Below are positions 1-12,606 of a stretch of DNA of 42,075 bases, one piece after another. A program made the translations under genes and the position numbers. A model generated the notes under the pieces. The model made no database searches. It was given only the letters and a program-made list of their open reading frames with translations, and had not been told where the DNA came from. This DNA is from Tubiluchus corallicola (Eukaryota; Animalia; Priapulida). The stretch is from positions 1 to 42,075 of the forward strand of contig JAQGDQ010001414.1 of assembly GCA_030141605.1 (NCBI GenBank), read 5' to 3'. How positions within the stretch are numbered: position 1 is the first letter of the stretch; the number at the start of each line of letters is the position of its first letter.

Positions 1-223
1 TTAATCTATGCGTAAAGTGGTTTACTAGCAGGATCTTGCTTTGAAACAAGAAAAAAAATGAACTATGTAAGGTTCTAGCTAGCTGTTAAAACATGTTAAA
101 ACTGTTACTATTATAATAGCATTAGCTGTGAGGCATTGTCAAGTGTACACAAATGCGTTGTCTGGTACACTTAACCTTTGACCTTTTTCACGAACATTAA
201 TCGCTGGAACTGTGAAAAGGCTT
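1..223. mobile_element. Right half of a dispersed MITE-like repeat (family A)
   Basis: TTTACTAGCAGGATCTTGCTT...GTCAAGTGTACACAAATGCGTTGTCTGGTAC.CTTAACCTTTGACC...AACTGTGAAAAGGCTT recurs at ~15420-15603 and ~17071-17240; its end is the reverse complement of AAGCCTTTTCACAGTT at 15241. Confidence 0.75.
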
Positions 224-247
224 ATTCTCAGCTTATTCTCTAGTTTT

Positions 248-2015
248 ACTGCACACATGTACCATCCAACTCTTATCTCTTTGAAACAATTTCTGTTTCA
301 CCATACACATGCAGCATCCAACTCTTTTCTCTTTGAAACAATTTCTGTTTCACTGCGCACAATGCAACATCCAACTCTTATCTCTTTGAAACAACTTCTG
401 TTTCACTATACACATGCAGCATCCAACTCTTTTCTCTTTGAAACAATTTCTGTTTCACTATACACAGGCAACATCCAACTCTTCTCTCTTTGAAACAATT
501 TCTGTTTCACTGCACACATGTACCATCCAACTCTTATCTCTTTGAAACAATTTCTGTTTCACCATACACATGCAGCATCCAACTCTTTTCTCTTTGAAAC
601 AATTTCTGTTTCACTGCGCACAATGCAACATCCAACTCTTATCTCTTTGAAACAACTTCTGTTTCACTGCACACAGGCAACATCCAACTCTTTTCTCTTT
701 GAAACAATTTCTGTTTCACTGCACACATGCAGCATCCAACTCTTTTCTCTTTGAAACAATTTCTGTTTCACTGCACACATGCAACATCCAATTCTTTTCT
801 CTTTGAAACAATTTCTGTTTCACTGCACACATGCAACATCCAACTCTTTTCTCTTTGAAACAATTTCTGTTTCACTGCACACAGGCAGTATCCAACTCTT
901 TTCTCTTTGAAACAATTTCTGTTTCACTGCACGCATGCAGCATCCAACTCTTTTCTCTTTGAAACAATTTCTGTTTCACTGCACACATGCAGCATCCAAC
1001 TCTTTTCTCTTTGAAACAATTTCTGTTTCACTGCACACAGGCAGCATCCAACTCTTTTCTCTTTGAAACAATTTCTGTTTCACTGCACACATGCAGCATC
1101 CAACTCTTTTCTCTTTGAAACAATTTCTGTTTTACTGCACACAGGCAGCATCCAACTCTTTTCTCTTTGAAACAATTTCTGTTTCACTGCACACATGCAG
1201 CATCCAACTCTTTTCTCTTTGAAACAATTTCTGTTTTACTGCACACAGGCAGCATCCAACTCTTTTCTCTTTGAAACAATTTCTGTTTCACTGCACACAG
1301 GCAACATCCAACTCTTTTCTCTTTGAAACAATTTCTGTTTCACTGCACACAGGCAACATCCAACTCTTTTCTCTTTGAAGCAATTTCTGTTTCACTGCAC
1401 ACAGGCAACATCCAACTCTTTTCTCTTTGAAACAATTTTTGTTTCACTGCACACATGCAACATCCAACTCTTTTCTCTTTGAAACAATTTCTGTTTCACT
1501 GCACACATGCAGCATCCAACTCTTTTCTCTTTGAAACAATTTCTGTTTCACTGCACACATGCAACATCCAATTCTTTTCTCTTTGAAACAATTTCTGTTT
1601 CACTGCACACATGCAACATCCAACTCTTTTCTCTTTGAAACAATTTCTGTTTCACTGCACACAGGCAGTATCCAACTCTTTTCTCTTTGAAACAATTTCT
1701 GTTTCACTACACACAGGCAGCATCCAATTCTTTTCTCTTTGAAACAATTTCTGTTTCACTGCACACATGCAACATCCAACTCTTTTCTCTTTGAAACAAT
1801 TTCTGTTTCACTGCACGCATGCAGCATCCAACTATTTTCTCTTTGAAACAATTTATGTTTCACTGCACACATGCAACATCCAACTCTTTTCTCTTTGAAA
1901 CAATTTCTGTTTCACTTGCACACATGCAACATCCAATTCTTTTCTCTTTGAAACAATTTCTGTTTCACTGCACACATACAACATCCAACTCTTTTCTCTT
2001 TGAAACAATTTCTGT
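248..2015. repeat. 52-bp minisatellite, ~34 copies, with higher-order structure
   Basis: Unit TCACTGCACACATGCAGCATCCAACTCTTTTCTCTTTGAAACAATTTCTGTT. Variant monomers recur at 260-bp (258/518) and 780-bp (721/1501, 781/1561, 841/1621) spacing. Confidence 0.97.
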
Positions 2016-2330
2016 TGTTGAGATGTTAAAAGCCATTCATTCATTCGTTAAGCTCGTAAAATGGTAGTTTGTGAGATTAGCTGTCTTAAAGACGAAATGT
2101 CAAAGCGTCAATTCTACACTGTCATGACTTTACATTAGCATAAACTGTGCGAGTAATACTGTTTCAGGGCCGGGTTATCCTATAGCCTAGGCCCTAGAAC
2201 ATAGGCTGTGACCTATATCCTGAGCAATAGGATAATCCAGAGCTGGAATAGTTTGAGGGGCCCCTGTTAAAAGGTTTGCAAATATTTTTTTTGAAAAATG
2301 AATATAACGTTTTGCATTGCAGAGTAATTC

Positions 2331-2497
2331 ATTTAAAATAGAATACAATAAAATAAAATAAAATGAAATGAAATGAAAAAAAAACAAAACGAAACGACAC
2401 GACACGAAACGAAACGAAACGAAACGAAACGAAACGAAACGAAACGAAACGAAACGAAACGAAACGAAACGAAACAAAACAAAACAAAATAAAATAA
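2331..2497. repeat. Compound pentanucleotide microsatellite (AAAAT/GAAAT/GAAAC)n
   Basis: Directly visible. Confidence 0.95.
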
Positions 2498-2564
2498 TAG
2501 TTTATTAACTTTAAAAATGAAGCCTCAAAATGGAGTTTCAAAGCCAAATTAAAAAAAATCGGCC

Positions 2565-3738
2565 CCGTTTTTTGACCCCTTATTTGAGATAAAAGGTCCG
2601 TGTTTGATGCCTTTTTATTTGAGATGAGCGGCCCTTGTTTGAGCCCTTTATTTGAGATATAGGACCATTGTTTGATACTCTTTATTTGAGATAAAGGGCC
2701 ATTGTTTGATACTCTTTATTTGAGATAAAGGACCATTGTTTGATACTCTTTATTTGAGATAAAGGACCATTGTTTGATACTCTTTATTTGAGATAAAGGA
2801 CCATTGTTTGAGCCCTTTATTTGAGATATAGGACCATTGTTTGATACTCTTTATTTGAGATAAAGGACCATTGTTTGATGCTCTTTATTTGAGATAAAGG
2901 ACCATTGTTTGATACTCTTTATTTGAGATAAAGGACCATTGTTTGATACTCTTTATTTGAGATAAAGGACCATTGTTTGATGCTCTTTATTTGAGATAAA
3001 GGACCATTGTTTGATGCCTTTTATTTGAGATGAGCGGCCCTTGTTTGAGCCCTTTATTTGAGATAAAGGACCATTGTTTGATGCTCTTTATTTGAGATAA
3101 AGGACCACTGTTTGATACACTTTATTTGAGATAAAGGACCATTGTTTGATGCTCTTTATTTAGATAAAGGACCATTGTTTGACCCTTTATTTGAGATAAA
3201 GGACCATTGTTTGATACTCTTTATTTGAGATAAAGGACCATTGTTTGAGCCCTTTATTTGAGATATAGGAGCATTGTTTGATGCTCTTTATTTGAGATAA
3301 AGGACCACTGTTTGATACTCTTTATTTGAGATAAAGGACCATTGTTTGATGCTCTTTATTTAAGATAAAGGACCATTGTTTGATGCTCTTTATTTGAGAT
3401 AAAGGACCATTGTTTGATCCAAAACCCCAGCCCTTTATTTGAGATAAAGGACCATTGTTTGATGCTCTTTATTTGAGATAAAGGACCATTGTTTGATGCA
3501 CTTTATTTGAGATAAAGGACCATTGTTTGATGCTCTTTATTTGAGATAAAGGACCATTGTTTGAGCCCTTTATTTGAGATCTAGGACCATTGTTTGATAC
3601 TCTTTATTTGAGATAAAGGACCATTGTTTGAGCCCTTTATTTGAGATATAGGAGCATTGTTTGATGCTCTTTATTTGAGATAAAGGACCATTGTTTGATG
3701 CTCTTTATTTGAGATAAAGGACCATTGTTTGATACTCT
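2565..3738. repeat. 33-34-bp minisatellite, ~34 copies
   Basis: Unit TTTATTTGAGATAAAGGACCATTGTTTGATACTC. Confidence 0.97.
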
Positions 3739-3874
3739 GCTTCGCTGCCTTATTTTGTCAATGTCATCCTTGTTATCTCTGGAGAATCATCGAAATATTC
3801 AGCACCATATTGATTAATTATGCAACCGGCTTCTATAACTGTTAAAATGACATATGCTGGGTTAGTGTTAAATA

Positions 3875-4069
3875 CGAGTCATACAAATACTTTTGTCTAC
3901 GTTTGTTTGCATGTCATGCTGTTGGTATTTCGGCAAGAGTTTGTATGCTGTTGGGGTTTAGGCTAACAAGCAACCGTCGTCGGCAAACATCAAGTGGTTA
4001 ATGTAACTATTACCAAATTTGGTAGTCAGGACCAGAAGACGTAAGTACTACGCTTAAATTCTTGCTAAA

Positions 4070-4070
<1 letters not shown>
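3875..4070 (-). mobile_element. Degenerate non-LTR retrotransposon reverse transcriptase fragment
   Basis: Minus-strand translation with frameshifts/stops: LSVVLTSSG...GNSYINHLMFADDGCLLA*TPTA...QHDMQTNVDKSICM. It contains the (Y/F)ADD catalytic motif and the downstream N..KS.CM motif of LINE RTs. Confidence 0.75.
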
Positions 4071-4465
<395 letters not shown>

Positions 4466-4897
4466 GGACGAAATTATAATAAGTAAAAAATGTCTGGGTA
4501 CATAAAACTCCATAATCAACTATTGGTTGATCAAGGTTCTGTGTCATCAAGTTTACGATGTTTGATTTTTATCTTTGTCCATAATCAAAGTCAGGGGCAG
4601 TTGCAGCAGGCGCCACCTGTTTATCAAATAGAAAATCCCGATTCGCATCAATTGCGAATTCCAATTTCTGCGTACTCCTTTTCCCATTTGCATAAAGTAA
4701 AGGATAGTTACTCACAATTTGCTGCTGCTAATACTTCCACAATTATGCACTTCGCTCAGAGCATCTCTGGAGGCATGGTAATAGAGTTTCACCTTTATGG
4801 ACGCGGCGAGATGTTCATTTTCTTCAATAATTTCGCATTTCACAAATATCTTTGCACGAAATCGGGTTTCGGAGGATCCCGGGTAAATAAATTGAAT

Positions 4898-6145
<1,248 letters not shown>

Positions 6146-6299
6146 AATTTAATAGCAGTGTGCAATGATAATAAAGTCAGGACTTGGACTTTAGGGACTT
6201 GGAATGCAACAAACTCTTAATAGGACGTAAAATGCAGGAGGTGATGAGCTCTGAGCGAATCAATGATGGCAGCATTCCTGCTAATGGACAGCGAGCAGT

Positions 6300-6680
6300 G
6301 ATGAATGGTAAGTAATATTGATGGCAGTGGTAGGGATATTGCTGATGACTGTAGCTGCAGCTGCAAAGGCTGCAGTTAGTGCGGCGGCGATGGCGATGAC
6401 AGTAGCACAAGTGGAGCGGATGAGATATCTAGTTTTGGTGGTTGTGGGGATGGTGGTGATGATGACGATGATGGTGGTTGTGTTGGTGTTGGCGTTGGTG
6501 TTGGTGTTGGTGTTGGTGTTGATAGTAGTAGGTTTGGTGTTTTTGTTGCTGGTGAAGATGACGATGATGGTAGTTGAGGGCTGATGCTGATGTTAATGTC
6601 AGCGGTGGTGTTGATGACGGTTTTGGTTGGTACTGGTCTTGATTGCGGTAGCCGAGGAGGAGTGGTAGCGGTGCGATTTG
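6300..6680. repeat. Degenerate GTG/GTT/GAT low-complexity tract
   Basis: Imperfect triplet and (GGTGTT)n repeats; the ORFs here are compositional artefacts. Confidence 0.7.
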
Positions 6681-6848
6681 TTGTGTATCAGTCATGATAT
6701 TGCTGATTAGCAACACATCAAGATTTACAACGATGACGTCACAAAAATGGCGAGGAAAACAAATAATTGAAACTTCTAGAAAGTTTACCAATCTTCACCT
6801 TATCCCGTTCATTCGCTGATGCGCTGTGCTGATTCGATTCATTTGATT

Positions 6849-7368
6849 GGAATGCACCTAATCCACCAGAATCCACTTTGAAGGGACATACAATTATCGT
6901 GGAATGCACCTAATCCACCAGAATCCACTTTGAAGGGACATACGATTATCGTGGAATGCACCTAATCCACCCGAATCCACTTTGAAGGGACATACGATTA
7001 TCGTGGAATGTACCTAATCCACCAGAATCCACTTTAAAGGGATATACGATTATCGTGGAATGCACCTAATCCACCAGAATCCACTTTGAAGGGACATACA
7101 ATTATCGTGGAATGCACCTAATCCACCAGAATCCACTTTGAAGGGACATACGATTATCGTGGAATGCACCTAATCCACCAGAATCCACTTTGAAGGGACA
7201 TACAATTATCGTGGAATGCACCTAATCCACCAGAATCCACTTTGAAGGGACATACGATTATCGTGGAATGCACCTAATCCACCAGAATCCACTTTGAAGG
7301 GATATACGATTATCGTGGAATGCACCTAATCCACCAGAATCCACTCTGAGGGGATATACGATTATCGT
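6849..7368. repeat. 52-bp minisatellite, 10 copies
   Basis: Unit GGAATGCACCTAATCCACCAGAATCCACTTTGAAGGGACATACGATTATCGT. Confidence 0.97.
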
Positions 7369-7497
7369 GCTACGGCTAGCTTCAATGTCATTCGAGGTTT
7401 CCTTAATGCACGAGCCAAATTTGGCTGGTGTTTTTGATGAACAATTTTAGGTTGGGGCTTTGGAAATGGTATGATGCGATGTCCCCTACCTTCTAGA

Positions 7498-8062
7498 TTT
7501 ACCGGTGTATGCATGCAGTTGCATTGTTGTGATCACACTTACAATAGATCTCTCCGGCAAGCGTGGATTCTGTGATGTTTACCGGTGTATGCATGCAGTT
7601 GCATTGTTGTGATCACACTTACAATAGATCTCTCCGGCAAGCGTGGATTCTGTGATGTTTACCGGTGTATGCATGCAATTGCATTGTTGTGATCACACTT
7701 ACAATAGATCTTTCCGGCAAGCGTGGATTCTGTGATGTTTACCGGTGTATGCATGCAGTTGCATTGTTGTGATCACACTTACAATAGATCTCTCCGGCAA
7801 GGGTGGATTCTGTGATGTTTACCGGTGTATGCATGCAGTTGCATTGTTGTGATTACACTTACAATAGATCTCTCCGGCAAGCGTGGATTCTGTGATGTTT
7901 ACCGGTGTATGCATGCAGTTGCATTGTTGTGATTGCACTTACAATAGATCTCTCCGGCAAGCGTGGATTCTGTGATGTTTACCGGTGTATGCATGCAGTT
8001 GCATTGTTGTGATCACACTTACAATAGATCTCTCCGGCAAGCGTGGATTCTTTGATGTTTAC
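7498..8062. repeat. 80-bp tandem repeat, 7 copies
   Basis: Unit TTTACCGGTGTATGCATGCAGTTGCATTGTTGTGATCACACTTACAATAGATCTCTCCGGCAAGCGTGGATTCTGTGATG; TTTAC occurs at both array edges. Confidence 0.97.
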
Positions 8063-8440
8063 TCTGCTGCAAACATTCGTATAGTCTGCCCATCTTTTCC
8101 CACTAGTGAATAGGAAACTTCCATTTCTGGATTTGCACTTATGACTACTATGATAAACACAGGTGTCGCAACGGGTTCGTGATCAAACACTTTCATCGAA
8201 CCAGATATTTTCTCAAATTTTAGCTCATTTGGAACAACCTGCAGGGACAAGAGGGCTCTATCATGCGTTGGTCTGACTATGGAGAAGCGCTCTTAGGCCT
8301 GAATAAGCGTCAAATAGTTAGCAGACCATGTATGCTCTGTTGCAGTGTAGACCTTTCTACTGCGTTCATCGATCCCGAAAGGGTTGGGCACGGATGTGTT
8401 AGGAAACATGAAAACATCGGCATATGGGAATTTGTAGAAT

Positions 8441-8932
8441 TGTTGGCATGACAATGGAGTGTGTGCCAAGAGAGTCAGTTATTGATCACATTGATGGAGC
8501 TGCAGCGTCGACTGTGGCTGAGCAGTCCGATCCTTGAACGTCTCCATGGCGCACGCCTGGGCAAGGTGTATGGAGATCCCGAGTTGCCCAGACAACAGGA
8601 ACCCTCCTCTCTTCCTCCCTGGTGTAGTCCAAAGGAAAACGGAGCGTTTGGCACCAGGTTGGCTGCAGGAGCTGCCGGAGTCAGTGAGCATGCTGCACTG
8701 GTCCGCCTTCGGGGCTCCACTCCTGATTTGGAAGGTTTACTCCTCTACACATGGCCGTTGGGTCACTTGACCTCCTCCGTCCTCTAGCCATTGGCTGCTT
8801 GTGCAGCTCCTCCGTCTAGTGTCGAGATACAGTGTGGGCATCCGGCAAGCCTTCAGCACCTGGTATTCCTAGGCTGTCACCCATCCAAGTACTAACCAGG
8901 CTCTACGTTGCTTAACTTCGGTGATCAGACGA
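8441..8932 (-). mobile_element. 5S-rRNA-derived SINE (SINE3) with RTE-like body and tail
   Basis: 13-bp TSD GAATTTGTAGAAT (8428-8440, 8933-8945); 5S head 8932-8847; body GGAGTAAACC...CCGGCAGCTCCTGCAGCCAACCTGGTGCCAAACG resembles RTE 5' UTRs; tail CACACTCCATTGTC..ATGCCAACA resembles RTE 3' ends. Confidence 0.85.
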
Positions 8933-8935
8933 GAA
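8847..8935 (-). rRNA. 5'-truncated 5S rRNA-like sequence (SINE head, not a functional 5S gene)
   Basis: Reverse complement TTCTCGTCTGATCACCGAAGTTAAGCAACGTAGAGCCTGGTTAGTACTTGGATGGGTGACAGCCTAGGAATACCAGGTGCTGAAGGCTT matches roughly nt 32-120 of animal 5S rRNA, including the internal control region. No T-run terminator follows it. Confidence 0.92.
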
Positions 8936-9330
8936 TTTGTAGAATATAGTACCGTTAAGCGGATCCTTGTCGCGAGCAGAAATTGGAACAGGTCCAATTT
9001 TAACCTCAGTGCCTACAGCTACAAAATGGTTACTCCTTATGGTTCCAGTGTACTTCACAACAGAAAACTCCGGGTTTTGGTTGTTTATATTGCGAAAGTT
9101 AACAAAGATTCGTAAACGAGTGCCACCTATCGACGGTTTCTCTCTGGTCTCGTAATGAACCAAACGTCTGACGTTTATATAAAAGGGCACATTCCAATCG
9201 ATGTTGCCATTAAGTCTTTGCTGCTCTTTCAAGTGAAGACTGATATATGTCTTTTGTTTAAATGCCTCCTTGATTCTGAGTTCGAAATCCTGATTGTAAG
9301 GACACTTATGCACAGGTCTACCCCAATCTG

Positions 9331-9950
9331 GCGGAGGTGGTCAAGTGATCCAACGGCCATGTGTAGAGGAGTAAACCTTTCAAATCAGGAGTGGAGCCCC
9401 GAAGGCGGACCAGTGCAGCATGCTCACTGACTCTGGCAGCTCCTGCAGCCAACCTGGTGCCAAACGTATTGCTCTGCTTTCCTTTGGACTCATGATCTCC
9501 ATACACCTTGCCCAAGCGTGTGCCCTGGAGAGGCCACTGCTCACACTGTATCTCGACACTAGGCAGAGCAGCTGCACAAGCAGCCAACGGGTAGAGGGCG
9601 GAGGAGGTCAAGTGACCCAACGGCCATGTGTAGAGGAGTAAACCTTCCAAATCAGGAGTGGCGCCCCGAAGGCGGACCAGTGCAGCATGCTCACTGACTC
9701 CGACAGCTCCTGCAGCCAACCTGGTGCCAAACGTATCGCTCTGCTTTCCTTTGGACTACATCAGAGAGGAAGAGAGGGGGTTTCCTGTTGTCTGGGCAAC
9801 TCAGGATCTCCATACACCTTGCCCAGGCGTGCGCCCTGGAAACGTTCAAGGATCGCACTGCTCAGCCACAGTCGATGCTGCAACTCCATTAATGTGATCA
9901 ATAACTAACTCTCTTGGCGCACACTCTTCCGAGACAAAAGGATGCCAACC
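9331..9950 (+). mobile_element. Second copy of the same SINE family, 5'-truncated with an internal tandem duplication, in opposite orientation
   Basis: 11-bp TSD ACCCCAATCTG (9320-9330, 9951-9961); partial body 9331-~9540, then body 9542-9950 ending GGCGCACACTCTTCCGAGACAAAAGGATGCCAACC; reverse-complement homology to 8457-8836. Confidence 0.88.
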
Positions 9951-10812
9951 ACCCCAATCTGAATTATTAAACGTCTTGTCGTCCATTACACATATTTCAG
10001 CATATTTGGTATACATCCATGGGTTTGCATCTATTACGGTAGTAGTGAAAAGATTTGTTCCGGGGAACGTGTCTTCGTCATAATAGATAAATGCATTATG
10101 TGGTCTGGGTTCAATACGAGGCGGGTAGTATTCAACTGGAAGAACTATTATTGTGAGGTATAAGCGAATGTAGTTGCGTATAAGAGATTTAACAGGAGCA
10201 ATATTTTTACGGTGCGGATCATCATTAACACAGTCAAACTCTAGTTCCAGTTTAGGTCCTAACTCATCAAGTTCTCCAGGTTTATATTTTCTGAAGTAGT
10301 CTGCCACGTCCTCTCTAAAGTAAATTCTATTGATCCCGTTCCATCTGTCATTTGCCCACCGATAATGTGGCCCGGTGAATACTTTCCAGTCATTTTGCTC
10401 TACGTTTCTGGGAAATATCATGTCAACACCTGATTCTATCTGACTTTCAGACCTTGTCATAATAGGGATTGGCGTACCATACATGGCGTATTTTTGCTCA
10501 TACGTTCGATTATATCTATAATTCCAGCCGGGAGGATCTTCGCCATATGTCTTACATCCGGTCTTTATCAAAGATGGTCTTCTGGTCTACATGATGTGCC
10601 ACGCGTGTTTCCTAGAAAGAAGGCAAACAACATGTCTAACACGCGGCAAACCATCACCGTACTAATGTTATTGAGTGTGAAGCTGAAACAGTTCGTACCA
10701 TTGTCTGGATTCTAGTTGCCCAAAGACAATTGTTTAGAAAATGAGGTCAGCGTTTTCGAACCTCAAACAATTCGCGCTGTATTTTTCGGCCATTGTTTTA
10801 ATCTATTGTTAA

Positions 10813-11271
10813 CCCTTTCATACCCGTTGTATCCCGTGGGATACGAGAATATTTTCTGCCTTTAAAATTAATAAAATTTTAAAACTGACAGTTATTTGAT
10901 CTGTTAATAGTTATTTTGATTTAAGCCAATAACAATAGACTAAAAATGGTGATAAAATGGCAAACTAGAAAATCTACATAGCTTAAAAAACTGCGCAAGG
11001 TACAGTACTTTAGAGACGACTTTGTACAAATCAGCATAGCGTGCATGCTAAATGTCTTAAATACTTTAAAAAATTATCAGCAGTTGCAAAATGAAGCACA
11101 TTTTATGCTTCCATTGAATCCCAATGTATCCCGTGAGATACAGGCTATATTTAGCACGCGGACACAGATAAAAAAAAATAATTATTATGTGTAAACAAGA
11201 TGGACATACTGAACAAAAATACCAAGCAAAAATTTTTTTCTTATTAAAAAAATAATTTGGGACTGAAAGGG
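10813..11271 (+). mobile_element. piggyBac-like MITE (family C), copy 1
   Basis: TTAA on both sides; termini CCCTTTCATACCC / GGGACTGAAAGGG; near-identical copy at 26661-27108; subterminal palindrome GTATCCCGTGGGATAC. Confidence 0.9.
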
Positions 11272-11887
11272 TTAAAGTCATTTCGCCTCTTAGCTGCTAA
11301 ATATGCTTATTTAAAAATGTTGCTGCTAATTTTAGTAGAATAGGGCTTAAATTTGTGCAAGTTTGGGATGATTGATTGTAACTTTTCTGGATGTTTAATA
11401 ATTTTAATAATTAATATTAATATTAATAATTTTAATAGGAAATTTAATAATTTAGTACGTTAATTTGTCTGCATTTTATGTTACTAGACAGAAAACTTGC
11501 TTCATTAATTGCTTATTGTTTGTACAGAAATTTTTGCCTGCAAAAATAGGCTAATAAAGACATTATCATCATCATCATCATCATCATCTCCCAGCTGTTG
11601 ACGCAAGCAGGATTATCTCCTTCAGCGTAAGAATCCGAAAATGTTTGGAATTGGAATTCTGATCTTAGACTTCGTTTGCTAATAACGATTATACGTAGAG
11701 AAACTGCTAAACTCGTTTGTGAGTCAAAAATCAGCGCCATGTTGTTGTCAGACAAAAACATCAGTACGCAGACACATTCGTGAAGTAGTGGTATAGCACG
11801 ATAGCAATTTCTTTCTGCGCACGCGCGGCATTTAAATCTATCCGATTTCAGTTAAAGATAAGACCAACATTTCTGGATAGTTAGGCT

Positions 11888-11987
11888 TATATATATATAT
11901 TTATATATTTGTTTATTTATATATTATATATTATTATAATATATATAATTAAGTAGATATATATATATATATATATATAATATTATA
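11888..11987. repeat. (TA)n-rich microsatellite
   Basis: Directly visible. Confidence 0.9.
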
Positions 11988-12163
11988 GCAGTACATTACT
12001 AAAATCACGCTTTGTACGGATCAGGGTTAGGGTTTTGATTAGGGTTACGGTTAAGTGGGGTTATTTCTCCTCTGCCTTTATTACCAGGATTCGAATAGAA
12101 TTTAGAATATAGAACTTTTTTGGCACATACTTTATACAACGGCCTATATGGTCTAACAGTAAA

Positions 12164-12227
12164 ACACACACACGCACACACGCACACACACACACGTACG
12201 CACGCACACGCGCGCACACACACACAC

Positions 12228-12308
<81 letters not shown>
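12164..12308. repeat. (CA)n microsatellite
   Basis: Directly visible. Confidence 0.97.
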
Positions 12309-12311
<3 letters not shown>

Positions 12312-12389
12312 CAGACTAAACTATTACATTATACCACTATGGTAGCTGTATGTACCATAAGGACATGTAATTTACGCATACAGTAAGAA

Positions 12390-12606
12390 TGACGTCACTC
12401 GTTTCACTCTTATGACGATTAGTCACCTTTGGCTAATTAACTGTGACGTCACTCGTTTCACTCTTATTACGATTAGCCACATTTGACTAATTAACTGTGA
12501 CGTCACCAGTTTCACTGTTATTACAATTAGTCACCTTTAGGCTAATTAACTGTGACGTCACTCGTTTCACTCTTATTACAATTAGCCACTTTTGACTAAT
12601 TAACTG
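12390..12606. repeat. 54-bp tandem repeat, 4 copies
   Basis: Unit TGACGTCACTCGTTTCACTCTTATTACGATTAGTCACCTTTGGCTAATTAACTG; each copy contains the palindrome TGACGTCA. Confidence 0.93.

Larger units (their letters stand above)
8059..10654 (-). pseudogene. Cadherin-repeat protein pseudogene (Cad99C/PCDH15/CDHR-like), interrupted by two SINE insertions
   Basis: Joining 10571-9951, 9319-8933 and 8427-8062 gives one 458-codon frame with a single TAA (8293-8295). Cadherin motifs: LTIIVLPVEYYPPRI, DEDTFPGTNLFTTTVIDAN, IFVNFRNINNQNPEFSVVKYTGTI, VGTEVKIGPVPISARDKDPLNGTIFY, NPFGIDERS. A 1-nt frameshift near 10572 would join a signal-peptide-like MVCRVLDMLFAFFLGNTRG (ATG 10654); TTCTTTCTAG at ~10612 could instead be a splice acceptor. 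Confidence 0.8.

Noticed and set aside
248-2015. CRISPR-like regular repeats (also 16049-16943 and 36790-37318)
   Set aside because: No unique spacers and no cas genes; these are head-to-tail eukaryotic minisatellites.
6318-6791. Mucin-like, His-rich or membrane ORFs
   Set aside because: Low-complexity triplet sequence; no frame links convincingly to the cadherin relic.
8650-8720. HDV-like ribozyme in the RTE-like body
   Set aside because: The nested double pseudoknot could not be assembled by eye; an Infernal/RNArobo search would be needed.
8847-8935. Functional 5S rRNA gene
   Set aside because: Lacks the first ~30 nt and a terminator, and lies inside a TSD-flanked insert.
8461-9908. ORFs within the SINE copies as proteins
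   Set aside because: GC-rich repeat sequence open in several frames, with no protein motif.
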